Assembly: GCA_947479085.1 (NCBI GenBank)
Contig: CANJYB010000022.1
Span: forward strand, 3,904 to 67,903
Direction: 5' to 3'
From: Bacteroidota bacterium
GTDB taxonomy: Bacteria; Bacteroidota; Bacteroidia; 2-12-FULL-35-15
Length of the DNA: 64,000 nucleotides
Part shown: positions 39,612-48,746 of the stretch, one piece after another
Layout of the letters: the number at the start of each line of letters is the position of its first letter
Position numbering within the stretch: the first letter of the stretch is position 1
Position numbers and translations under genes: made by a program
The notes under the pieces: generated by a model
What the model was told of the DNA's origin: nothing
The model's database searches: none
The model's input: the letters and a program-made list of their open reading frames with translations, nothing else

Positions 39612-39825
39612 AAACACTATAAATTACAACCCTGCAAATGCACCCTGCTATACCGTACAGCCTTATCTGTGGCTGTATCTACGCCTAAGGTAACGGTTCA
39701 AACTATTACTTTTCTGTAACATAACCACAGGTGCCCTTACAGACCAAGTTATTAACAAAATGGCTACTTATCAACAATTTTGAACATTTTTGGCTCTGAA
39801 CGTACCGTTGTATATGAATAGTATA

Positions 39826-39833
39826 TATCTTTG
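39826..39833 (+). promoter_or_regulatory. -7 element (TATCTTTG) of HU gene
   Basis: Perfect TAnnTTTG followed by A-rich leader. Confidence 0.6.
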
Positions 39834-39876
39834 TGCCGATAATTAAATTAATATTAACAATTAAAACCAAAACAAA

Positions 39877-40152
39877 ATGAACAAAGCAGAATTAGTAGAC
39901 GCAATCGCTTCTGAAGCGAAATTGACAAAAGCTGATGCATCTAGAGCATTAGAAGCATTCGTTAACGCTACAACAAAATCACTTAAAAAAGGTGACAGAG
40001 TTGCGTTAGTAGGATTTGGATCTTTCTCTATCTCTAAAAGAGCAGCGAGAACAGGCCGTAACCCTCAAACAGGAAAAGCTATTAAAATTGCAGCTAAAAA
40101 AGTTGCTAAATTTAAAGCTGGCGCTGACTTAGCTAAAACTGTTAACAAATAG
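39877..40152 (+). CDS. hup: DNA-binding protein HU
   Basis: [22 protein letters not shown]. Confidence 0.96.
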   Translation: MNKAELVDAIASEAKLTKADASRALEAFVNATTKSLKKGDRVALVGFGSFSISKRAARTGRNPQTGKAIKIAAKKVAKFKAGADLAKTVNK

Positions 40153-40167
40153 TCGTTAACACGTTTA

Positions 40168-40206
40168 AATAAAAAAGTCTCACAGTAATGTGGGACTTTT
40201 TTATTT
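40168..40206 (+). terminator. Intrinsic terminator
   Basis: AAAAAAGTCTCACA...TGTGGGACTTTTTT. Confidence 0.8.
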
Positions 40207-40242
40207 TATAACAGTTCCATGTATTTATATAAGCTCCTCTTT

Positions 40243-40346
40243 CCACATAGGCATATAGTAACATAGGAACTCACATAGAAAAAACAAAATACCTTTAATT
40301 TTTTATCCCTACTGTGTTTTATCTATGTTTCTATGTGCCTATGTGG
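40243..40346. repeat. REP-like inverted repeat built on CACATAG/CTATGTG units
   Basis: CCACATAGGCATATAG...CTATGTGCCTATGTGG; same right arm recurs near 42465-42500. Confidence 0.6.
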
Positions 40347-40546
40347 TAAAAAATAAATTCCTGAAAACGGTAAACACATCATAACTGGCGAAGCCTGTCA
40401 TCATAACTCCAATCTTAAATCATTTTTCAATCATCACTGATAAGTTAAATCTGCGTTCCATTTCTTTTACAAAAATTTAATTCTGCCTTCTCCTTTTTTC
40501 ACCCTACCTTTTATTTTATTACTTTCGCAACTCAAAAAAATAAACC

Positions 40547-41602
40547 ATGAGCAAACAGGATAAAATAAACAATTTCGACCCGAACGGTTTGGGTGACGAA
40601 AACAATGATATTTACGGATTACCTTTTACTACCGAAGAAGCCGAAGTAGTAATTGTTCCCGTTCCGTGGGAAGTGACCGTATCCTACAGTGCCGGTACAG
40701 CCCTTGGTCCGCAGGCCATTTATAATGCTTCGTTCCAGGTCGACCTGTTCGACCCTACCATTAAAGATGCATGGAAAATCGGTATTGCCATGGAACCTGC
40801 CTCTGACGACATCGCCAGCAAAAGCGAAAGCCTCAGAAGAAAAGCAGAAACCTATATCGGTTTGCTAGAAGAAGGAGATTCGCCCGAAACCAACGATGAA
40901 ATGTCCAAAATACAGAAGCTCATCAATGCCGAATGTGTTACCATGAATGCCGAAGTAAAAGAAACCTGCCTCAACCTGTTAAACAAAAATAAAATTGTTG
41001 CCCTCCTGGGTGGCGACCATAGCACACCATTGGGGTTAATGCAGGCGTTGGCCGAAAAAAATAATTCTTTCGCCATTTTGCAGATTGATGCTCATGCTGA
41101 TTTGCGCGATGCCTACGAAGGGTTTGATTTTTCGCATGCCTCCATCATGTTCAATGCACTAAAAATTCCGCAGGTATCCAAACTGGTGCAGGTAGGTATT
41201 CGCGATTATTGCGAAGCGGAATATGATTTGATTCAAAATTCAAACGGACGTATTGTTACCTTTTTCGACCGTGATATAAAACATCAGCAACTGGATGGCG
41301 CCAAATGGACCACCATTTGCAATAACATCATTGCTACCCTTCCAAACGAAATTTATTTAAGTTTCGATATTGACGGGCTCGACCCAAAGCTTTGCCCAAG
41401 CACAGGAACCCCTGTTGCCGGTGGTTTCGAGTTCGAACAGATATTAATGCTCGTGGAAAAAATAGTAGCAGCCGGCAAAAAAATCATTGCTTTCGACATT
41501 AACGAAGTTGCTCCCGGTGGTGATGAATGGGATGCCAACGTTGGCGCTCGTTTATTATACCGCATTGCCAACCAGGTTGCAAAATCGAATGGGAGAATTT
41601 AA
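40547..41602 (+). CDS. speB: Agmatinase / ureohydrolase family protein
   Basis: GGDHS, DAHADLR, SHAS, SFDIDGLDP, TGTP. Confidence 0.85.
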   Translation: MSKQDKINNFDPNGLGDENNDIYGLPFTTEEAEVVIVPVPWEVTVSYSAGTALGPQAIYNASFQVDLFDPTIKDAWKIGIAMEPASDDIASKSESLRRKAETYIGLLEEGDSPETNDEMSKIQKLINAECVTMNAEVKETCLNLLNKNKIVALLGGDHSTPLGLMQALAEKNNSFAILQIDAHADLRDAYEGFDFSHASIMFNALKIPQVSKLVQVGIRDYCEAEYDLIQNSNGRIVTFFDRDIKHQQLDGAKWTTICNNIIATLPNEIYLSFDIDGLDPKLCPSTGTPVAGGFEFEQILMLVEKIVAAGKKIIAFDINEVAPGGDEWDANVGARLLYRIANQVAKSNGRI

Positions 41603-42500
41603 TTATGAGTTATGAATTATGAATTATAAGCTGTAAGTCCCGCCCGTGCGGGATTTGTAGTTTATAATTTGTACTTAGCTAATTCACGCGTGCGTCATTG
41701 AGAGGTACGAACCAATCTCAATAATTAGAATTAACCCCAACCTCATAAAAACACTAAAAAAGAGATTCCTCATTCCATTCGGAATGACAGACTTTATGGG
41801 CATAAAAAAGGAGGAGAGAAAAACGGCTTTGCCGTTTTTCTCTCCTCCTTCCCAAACAAATTTCCAACCTTGTCATTCCGATTCGCCTGGGCGAAGAGGA
41901 ATCTATAACAAAACCCTACTTTTCATTCCCAAATCTTCCCACTTAATAAAAAATCCAAAACAATCCCGCACGAGGGAGCCACAAACCACAAACCCTCCCC
42001 CTGAACTCGTAATTACTTACAAAACAGCCACTTAAAAACAATATTTATTTTGTCCCAAATTTGGGAAACATGATGGCTCAAAACGCCCTGTTGATGAGGT
42101 ATTTGCTTTTTGCCTGAAAAAATTTACTTCCTAAATTTCAGGATAAAAAACCGGGAAACTCCCTGCCAGTATAGTTTATATGGGAAAATAAAAATTGCAT
42201 GTTCAGGGAAATGAAAAATAGTTACATTCCGCCCTGAAAAAAATCAAATAAGACGTAAATAGTGAAAAGTGAACAGTGAACAGTGAACAGTGAATAGTGA
42301 ATAGTCAATAGTTAAACTTCAAACCAAAAACCACAAACTATAAACTACAAACCATAAACTACAAACCATAAACTAACTCCCCACCACCACTCTTCTGAAA
42401 TCTTTCCCCAGTTGGGCGTAGGGTCCCCCTACGTCCAGTTTAACCGGCCTCAGGCCGTTTTTTTCTATGTGAATTCCTATGTTTCTATGTGCCTATGTGT
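41603..42500. repeat. Gene-free stretch packed with heptamer repeats and several REP-like families
   Basis: TTATGAA repeats ~41603-41630; AGATTCCTC...CGGAATGACA (41763-41789) and TGTCATTCCG...GAGGAATCT (41871-41904); GTGAACA repeats ~42262-42310; AAACTAC/AAACCAT ~42321-42376. Confidence 0.75.
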
Positions 42501-42825
42501 TAAAAAAGAAAACCACACCTCTCAAACCTCCAAAACTGCATTTTAGCCCCCGATTTTCACAAAATCATACTCAAAATCAAGGAAATCATAACCAAAAACC
42601 CATAAAATGGCAGACCCGTTCAAACCCAAGCCCCTTTTTGAGCCAAAAAACACTTGGCAGTTAATCCTCCTTATTATTTCCATAATTGTAATCATAGAAG
42701 GGCTAAATATGCTGGTCGGTTTATTCTTCGAAATGGCTACCTAATTCCCCTCCCCTCCCTCCTCTTTTTTTACACAATATGCTGATTTTCAGAAAACAAT
42801 ACATTTAAAGCCCCTTATTGGGCAT

Positions 42826-43010
42826 CCATAATCCCCTTACCATACCCCCATAATCGGCTTACCATCTCCCATAATCCCCATACAAGGTTCCCATAATCGG
42901 CATACAAGGTTCCCATAATCGGTATACAAGGTTCCCATAATCGGCATACAAGGTTCCCATAATTGGCATACAAGGTTCCCATAATCGGCATACAATACTC
43001 CCATAATCGC
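42826..43010. repeat. 22-bp tandem repeat (GGTTCCCATAATCGGCATACAA), 9 CCATAAT cores
   Basis: Cores at 42826, 42848, 42869, 42891, 42913, 42935, 42957, 42979, 43001. Confidence 0.93.
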
Positions 43011-43128
43011 CATCCTGGATATTTATAAAAGCCATACAAGGCAACTAAGGAAAACATACAACCCAATTAAAAAACAATTTCTAAAACTCATTTTATTCTA
43101 ACTTTGGCTTATCAAAATTCATAAACCA

Positions 43129-43731
43129 ATGAAAAAAACTATTCTAATAAGTATAGTGGTTTTTATAACCGCCTGCCAACCTATACTTATGAAAATATAT
43201 GGCATAAAACAACCCAAGGTAGAAAACCAAGCAAGCATACAAAAGCAGGCCCTTAAATACGGCTTAGATAATGCTAATATAGTTACCGTAGCTGCCAAAG
43301 ACTTCCTTCATGAATTTTGGGGTAAAAACATTCCCGATTGTGCCGTGTATGATAAAGACCAACGATACATAGAATACCGCCAGACAGATACTTCCTGCAA
43401 TGCAGGGCTGTTTGCGTTTATTCCCGCTTTAAATGCAACCACCACTTACCACCAGCCCCCTGCCCCATCGTTAAAAGAAGAACTGAAAAAGTTTCGCGAT
43501 ATGCAGGGAAAGGAATTAGGTGAACTAAAAAAAGCAGATTTTTACCTCCTCATTTATTTTACCGTATGGACCGGGAAGCTGAACAAAGACCATGTGAAAG
43601 CCTGGGAAGACCTTGCAAAAGCAAATAAAAATGCCAACATCCACATCATTAAAGTAAACCTGGACTTCCAGGAGTACTGGAACGAAACCGAACGAAACGA
43701 CATTATAAAGGCGTTAAGTAAAAAGAAATAA
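43129..43731 (+). CDS. Uncharacterised lipoprotein
   Basis: MKKTILISIVVFITAC lipobox; TAACTTTG -7 box upstream (~43099-43106). Confidence 0.75.
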   Translation: MKKTILISIVVFITACQPILMKIYGIKQPKVENQASIQKQALKYGLDNANIVTVAAKDFLHEFWGKNIPDCAVYDKDQRYIEYRQTDTSCNAGLFAFIPALNATTTYHQPPAPSLKEELKKFRDMQGKELGELKKADFYLLIYFTVWTGKLNKDHVKAWEDLAKANKNANIHIIKVNLDFQEYWNETERNDIIKALSKKK

Positions 43732-43896
43732 GGCAAGTAGCTATAACAGCTAATACTGAATAAGTTTTTACTTAGTTAGTAAGCCTGGAATATAAGTAGC
43801 ATTAAGAAAAAACAGTATGGGGGAAATCCCCTATCTTAAATAATTAATAAGAATTCCTGTTCTAGCTTTATTGGCAATGGCTTGCAGTAAATTAAT

Positions 43897-43932
43897 AAAA
43901 AACAGCCCCGATGAAAATACTTCGGGGCTGTT
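43897..43932 (-). terminator. Intrinsic terminator (copy of the one at 45913-45946)
   Basis: AAAAAACAGCCCCGA...TCGGGGCTG. Confidence 0.7.
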
Positions 43933-43937
43933 AAATT

Positions 43938-44313
43938 TTAGCGCAGTTGATTTAAGGCACTGTTTTCAGTGCTTCGTATAGCCACTTCCATACGGTTGAG
44001 GTTAAAGACAACCAATGGCACCGGCAGTCGGTCAAAATTAGAAATTTCCCAGGTGGTAGGTTCGCCCCAAACCACCAATGCTCCTGTTTCAAGCATGGAT
44101 AAATCTACTTTCGGAGTCATGCTTTTTATCAGACTTTTGTAGCTTTCAATATTTTCTTTCAGCTTGGCTACAGAAAGCTTAGGATTTTGATTGTGCAGTA
44201 ATTCCCTGACCACTTGCTCTCCAACTGAAGTCCTGAGTTCATCTATCTTCATTTTCCTTGCCTGCTCTTCGGTTACTTGCTCCGAAACTGCAATCAGGTA
44301 AATTTTTATTGCC
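43938..44313 (-). pseudogene. 5'-truncated diverged copy of the 3' end of the 45954-47201 gene
   Basis: Aligns without indels to 45954-46329; homology stops abruptly at 44313. Confidence 0.8.
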
Positions 44314-44382
44314 CCAGCAATACTGGAACTAAACCGAACGAAACGACATTATAAAGTTGTTAAGCAAAAAATAAAAAAGGCA
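44314..44382 (+). repeat. Diverged copy of the 3' end of the lipoprotein gene (43668-43734)
   Basis: TACTGGAAC.AAACCGAACGAAACGACATTATAAAG shared. Confidence 0.85.
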
Positions 44383-44393
44383 GCCGCCCTCTT

Positions 44394-44780
44394 TTATTTT
44401 TTGGGGCAAACCTGCTTTTTATAAGAAACAAAAAGATTAATCCAGATGATACGGGCTAATCTGTAAAAGACAGGCAACAACAGTATAGAGAGTATAGTAA
44501 AGGTTAATAAATAGGGTACTGTATCAATATCAAATAACAGACTCAAGGCAATGTACAATGCACCACCAAATGCTACTGTCATTGCATAACTTACATAGGT
44601 GGCGCCAAAATAATAACCCGGTTCGCGTCTGTAATCCTCATTACAAACAGGACACCTGTCGTTCATGGCACTGAAATTTTTTAAGTTGTAAAAATTATCT
44701 GTTTCAAAATACTTGCCCTGATGACAATGAGGGCAACGGTTATTAAGAATACTATATAATTTTGATTCCCGGTAGTTCAT
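44394..44780 (-). CDS. DUF983-family Zn-ribbon membrane protein
   Basis: RCPHC...RCPVC, REPGYYFGATYVSY, two TM helices. Confidence 0.8.
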   Translation of the reverse strand: MNYRESKLYSILNNRCPHCHQGKYFETDNFYNLKNFSAMNDRCPVCNEDYRREPGYYFGATYVSYAMTVAFGGALYIALSLLFDIDTVPYLLTFTILSILLLPVFYRLARIIWINLFVSYKKQVCPKK

Positions 44781-44865
44781 ACTTTTTGTTTTTAGTTTAC
44801 GCAACAAAATTAATGGTTTGCGGCCTGCCGGGTGTGGTACTATTTTATGCTTTTGTGGTACTTTA

Positions 44866-45729
44866 TTAAAACTTTTTGCGAAACTGATCAGGAGTAAGGC
44901 CTTCCTCTTTTTTGAAAAAACGATTGAAATACGAATTGTCCTTAAAATTAAGTTCGTATGCTATCTCACTCACCGTAAGCGAAGAATACACCAACAGGCG
45001 CCTGGCTTCAGCCATCACTCTTTCGTGAATTAAATCCTGAACGGTTTTATCAAGATAGTTTTTGGCTGTTGCATTTAGCTGTTGCGAAGTGGTGTGCAAC
45101 TTTTCTGCATAAAATAAAACAGAATGATGTTCTTTATAATACAGCCCTATTAATGTTTCCAATTCGGGAAGCACAGAACCCATCGTTTCCTGCTTCAGCG
45201 CATCAGCCTTTATTACGCTTGCTAACTTATAAAGCAATACATCCATATACGAACGCATAATAAAGGGCAGATATTTTGAATCAAAGGAATTTTCGGTAAG
45301 CATTGATTTGAAAATGTTGCTCGTTTGTTTCAAATCTTTTTCGTTTAATAAAGCATAACTTATTTTATTTTTTGTTCTGAAAAAAGGGAGGTTAAAAAGC
45401 TGCCTGGACAAGGCTTCCATCAAATGAAACGAAGAGTTAAAAAATAATATATATCCATCAGCATCATCGCTTAGTTTCCATGAATGCACTTCGGAAGGGG
45501 ACATAAAAAACATAGCCCCGCGGCTTATTTTATATTCATTAAAATCGATAGTGTGAGAACCACTGCCTTTGGTAAACAGCATAACTAAATAAAAATCGTG
45601 AGCATGAGCACTCATCACAAAAGGATGATCTGCCTTATGTTCCTGAAACGTCCGGATATATACTTCCGCTTTGGGGTTGTTCCTTTTAAAATTACTAATT
45701 TTCAGAACTGTGGGAGCTTGTTTGGGCAT
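44866..45729 (-). CDS. AraC-family transcriptional regulator
   Basis: Cupin HAHDFY/HTIDF; EIAYELNFKDNSYFNRFFKK...TP HTH. Confidence 0.93.
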   Translation of the reverse strand: MPKQAPTVLKISNFKRNNPKAEVYIRTFQEHKADHPFVMSAHAHDFYLVMLFTKGSGSHTIDFNEYKISRGAMFFMSPSEVHSWKLSDDADGYILFFNSSFHLMEALSRQLFNLPFFRTKNKISYALLNEKDLKQTSNIFKSMLTENSFDSKYLPFIMRSYMDVLLYKLASVIKADALKQETMGSVLPELETLIGLYYKEHHSVLFYAEKLHTTSQQLNATAKNYLDKTVQDLIHERVMAEARRLLVYSSLTVSEIAYELNFKDNSYFNRFFKKEEGLTPDQFRKKF

Positions 45730-45912
45730 AGGCTTTCATTTTTTGTAAATGTAATAATTGCTTTATAAATTTAAAGCAATGAATTCTTTTTTATAAAACA
45801 TTGGAATATAAGTAGCAATACCAAAAAATAGTATGGGGGAAATCCCCTATCTTTAGTATTTCCACTTTTTTCCATTTTAGCCTTTATTAGAAATGGTTTG
45901 AAGTACTTTAAT

Positions 45913-45946
45913 AAAAAACAGCCCCGATGAAAACACATCGGGGCTG
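45913..45946 (-). terminator. Intrinsic terminator
   Basis: AAAAAACAGCCCCGATG...CATCGGGGCTG just downstream of stop at 45954. Confidence 0.8.
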
Positions 45947-45953
45947 AATGTTT

Positions 45954-47201
45954 TTAGCGCAATTGGTTTAAGGCTGTATTTTCGCTGCTTTTAATAGCAA
46001 GTTCAATACGGTTGAGGTTAAAGATAACCAGCGGAACAGGCAGTTGTTCAAAGTTAGCCACTTCCCATGTGGTGGGTTCGCCATATACGGTCAGCGTTCC
46101 TGTTTCCAGCATAGTCAAATCTACTTTCGGAGCCAGGCGCATTATCAAACCCTTATAGCTTTCAATACTTTCTTTAAGCTTGTTTACAGAAAGCTTTGGA
46201 TTTTGATTATCCAGTAAATTCATTACCACTTGCTCTCCACCCGAAGTCCTGAGTTCATCTATCTTCATTTTCTTTGCCTGCTCCTCGGTTACTTGCTCCG
46301 AACCTGCAATCAGGTAAATTTTTATTGCCTCTATATAATCGGTCAGTTCATTCGTTTTAGCATGAACCAGCTTAAGGTTGGCAATGGTAGATGAATCGGA
46401 ACCGGAAGCAAAATTAGCTTCCCTCTCGTAAATGGCTTGGTTGGTTTTTGTGATAATAGCAAGTGAACTCTCACTCTCTGTTACCCCTCTCCAAAAGCTA
46501 TCCGATACTGGTCTGGAAATACCTGTACTCAATTCGGGAACTAACAGGCCTACACCTGCAATGATGAGTATTACGGTAGCCGTTGCATTTATTTTATCTG
46601 TGGTATTTTTATACACACTTAAAACATATACCGGCAAATAGCCCAAAACAAGCAATACAGCACCAGTTATGGCTGTAATTCTGGCTCCCGGCCAATGCAT
46701 GATTCTGAATAATACACCTACACAAATAAGTAAAGCTGATACAAACCCAATAATGCTTAGCAATACACTTCTGTTGCTTTCTGCCGTGGATTTGAATTTG
46801 AGAATAAACAGCAAAGGAAGAAACAGCACAGTAAGAAAGAAGGTTCCGACAATGAGCAACATGCTTGCACCCGGCCAATGTTGGAATTTAAAAATAGCAC
46901 CAAACAGTATCATCACAGATGATACGTAACCCGAAATTTTCATTGTTTTGTTCATAATATAATAGTGTTTAAATGTTAATAGTCGATTTGTCTCGTCCTG
47001 TATTTCCTTCAACCCCTTTTTGCCAAAGAGCAATAGTGTTTCCTGGTAAACAGAATCGAAGTTCCTGTATCCATCGGAGCTATTTTCAATTATACAACAT
47101 ATATGATCCAGCAAATCGACACTTAAGTCAGGAGAAGTAATTCCCCTGACTTTGATGTCGTTTTCAATAAAGGCAATTTGTTCTTCGGTTAAACTAAACA
47201 T
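45954..47201 (-). CDS. Membrane protein: N-terminal cytoplasmic helical domain, two GldL-N-like TM hairpins, C-terminal GldM-N-like domain
   Basis: ATG at 47201 overlaps PadR stop; DLLDHICC; GAIFKFQHWPGA and GVLFRIMHWPGA; TNELTDYIEAIKIYLI and TWEVANFEQLP...LNRIELAIKSSENTAL. Confidence 0.7.
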   Translation of the reverse strand: MFSLTEEQIAFIENDIKVRGITSPDLSVDLLDHICCIIENSSDGYRNFDSVYQETLLLFGKKGLKEIQDETNRLLTFKHYYIMNKTMKISGYVSSVMILFGAIFKFQHWPGASMLLIVGTFFLTVLFLPLLFILKFKSTAESNRSVLLSIIGFVSALLICVGVLFRIMHWPGARITAITGAVLLVLGYLPVYVLSVYKNTTDKINATATVILIIAGVGLLVPELSTGISRPVSDSFWRGVTESESSLAIITKTNQAIYEREANFASGSDSSTIANLKLVHAKTNELTDYIEAIKIYLIAGSEQVTEEQAKKMKIDELRTSGGEQVVMNLLDNQNPKLSVNKLKESIESYKGLIMRLAPKVDLTMLETGTLTVYGEPTTWEVANFEQLPVPLVIFNLNRIELAIKSSENTALNQLR

Positions 47202-47538
47202 AGTTAACGCCCGGCTTGAGATCAAGCAAAATGTTCATGGTATTAATGAAATCGGCAAATTCGTAAATCTTTTCTTTAGCCCGCTCCTGTCCGGAAGAAG
47301 TAAGCGTATAGTATTTCCTCACTCGTTTACCAATGCTCACCGATTCTGTTGTTACCACACCTTCTGCTTCCAGCTGGTGAAGCAAAGGGTAAAGGGCGCC
47401 CTCCGTGATAACAATTTTAGAGCCGGTAAGCTCTTTTACTTTTTGTGTAATCTCGTACCCGTACATTTGTTTGGTGTCGGATAACAACTTTAAAACAACT
47501 GTTTTTAAAGTACCTTTTATTAGCTCTGATGAATACAT
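47194..47538 (-). CDS. PadR-family transcriptional regulator
   Basis: ELIKGTL, MYGYEI, EGALYPLLHQLE, RKYYTLT. Confidence 0.93.
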   Translation of the reverse strand: MYSSELIKGTLKTVVLKLLSDTKQMYGYEITQKVKELTGSKIVITEGALYPLLHQLEAEGVVTTESVSIGKRVRKYYTLTSSGQERAKEKIYEFADFINTMNILLDLKPGVNYV

Positions 47539-47568
47539 AAGGCAAAGATACATAAGATTATTATGTAT
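47533..47568 (-). promoter_or_regulatory. -7 element TATCTTTG (47543-47550) overlapped by perfect inverted repeat ATACATAA-N5-TTATGTAT (putative PadR operator)
   Basis: Palindrome 47548-47568; additional ATACATAA half-site 47533-47540 over the start codon. Confidence 0.65.
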
Positions 47569-47783
47569 TAGCAAATTTATTTTCACATTTCTTAATAATA
47601 CACTGATAATCAATGAAATTATTTTTAATAGAAAAAGTAAAAAGATATAAAAATGTTAAGGAAGAATGAAAATTACTCAATTTTATAAAGCAAACTTCTT
47701 CCAAAAAGGATAGCTATTAAGTTGAGAAATTTGTTATTCCTATTAAATAGTTATTAATGACAATTAGAAAAATTTACTCTTTA

Positions 47784-48746
47784 TTAAGGGGCATCAAAAC
47801 TGATTAGTTCAATATCAAAAACAAGTGTAGTATAAGGTTCTATTGGTCCGCCTCCATTTTCACCATAACCAAGATAGGGAGGAATAATCAACAGCGCTTT
47901 GGTTCCGGGATTCATTAACAGCAAAGCTTCTTCAAAGCCCGGAATCACCATCCCTTGCCCCATTGGAATATCAAGCGGTTCGAAGGGACGACCTTCAACA
48001 TCCATCCCTCCTTTCCGAGCAATTTCCTTATCTGAACTATCAAGTACTTTTCCGTCCATGGTGCGAAGTGTATAATTAACCTTAGCCTTGCATCCTTTTA
48101 CCGGTTTACTTCCTGTACCCTTGGCTTGCTCAATATAATACAAACCACTGGTGGTAGGAGGAGTTGTAATATTATTCTTTAAAAGATACTCTTTACGTTG
48201 CAAGCTATCGGCCAGCTGGCGTGCTGCCAGGTAAGCTTGTCTTTGCTGGTCCTGCTCTGCCGATGCCTTGGCTGCAGAATCTTTGGAAATGATGTGAAGT
48301 AATTTGACATTGAAATTCAGTAATGAACCTTTCTCAAGGTAGTTCGGCATAAAAGGAGCACGAAAAGAAAGAAGGAAAACCGAATCAGTTGAAACAAGAA
48401 AACTCGCACTATCTCCCACAGTCATCATTCCCAGCCCTTGCTCAAAACTCCCTTTAAACTGAGACTTTTCGAGTGGAAACTCGATATAATTCTGTCCATT
48501 GCGACTATCTCTTACAGAAGAATATAAAACAGAATCCTTATTTGTTTTATACCACATCGCTACTCTTACCACATCCCCTTCTTTAGGTTTTGTGCCGGTT
48601 TTGTTCTGGCTGTAAAAACGGTAAATCATCCCGTCTGTTGATTCAATATAACCCTGATGTAGTTTACTTTTCTTCGATTTGATTCCTTTTTGTCCAAAGG
48701 CTAACATCGATGTTATAATAAACAATAGTGTAAAAATGTTTTTCAT
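47784..48746 (-). CDS. Exported FKBP-type peptidyl-prolyl isomerase, two FKBP domains
   Basis: Signal peptide; FEQGLGMMTVGDSASF and VIPGFEEAL...IPPYLGYG...LVFDIEL. Confidence 0.88.
   Translation of the reverse strand: MKNIFTLLFIITSMLAFGQKGIKSKKSKLHQGYIESTDGMIYRFYSQNKTGTKPKEGDVVRVAMWYKTNKDSVLYSSVRDSRNGQNYIEFPLEKSQFKGSFEQGLGMMTVGDSASFLVSTDSVFLLSFRAPFMPNYLEKGSLLNFNVKLLHIISKDSAAKASAEQDQQRQAYLAARQLADSLQRKEYLLKNNITTPPTTSGLYYIEQAKGTGSKPVKGCKAKVNYTLRTMDGKVLDSSDKEIARKGGMDVEGRPFEPLDIPMGQGMVIPGFEEALLLMNPGTKALLIIPPYLGYGENGGGPIEPYTTLVFDIELISFDAP

Noticed and set aside
42414-42463. GC-rich hairpins as a tRNA or known ncRNA
   Set aside because: No cloverleaf, T-loop (GTTCRA) or CCA; only two short hairpins, one terminator-like
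24184-43010. Tandem arrays at 24184, 31327 and 42826 as CRISPR arrays
   Set aside because: Units are head-to-tail with no unique spacers, and no cas genes are in the window
42815-43066. Minus-strand ORFs across the 22-bp array
   Set aside because: Period is not a multiple of 3 and the same peptide cycles through frames, so these are artefacts
43938-46329. X/X' pair as a diversity-generating retroelement TR/VR
   Set aside because: Differences are not restricted to adenines, the copy includes terminator and spacer, and no reverse transcriptase is in the window
45954-47201. Calling this gene gldL or gldM
   Set aside because: Lacks the GldL cytoplasmic coiled-coil tail and TM glutamate and GldM domains D2-D4; no gldK/gldN neighbours
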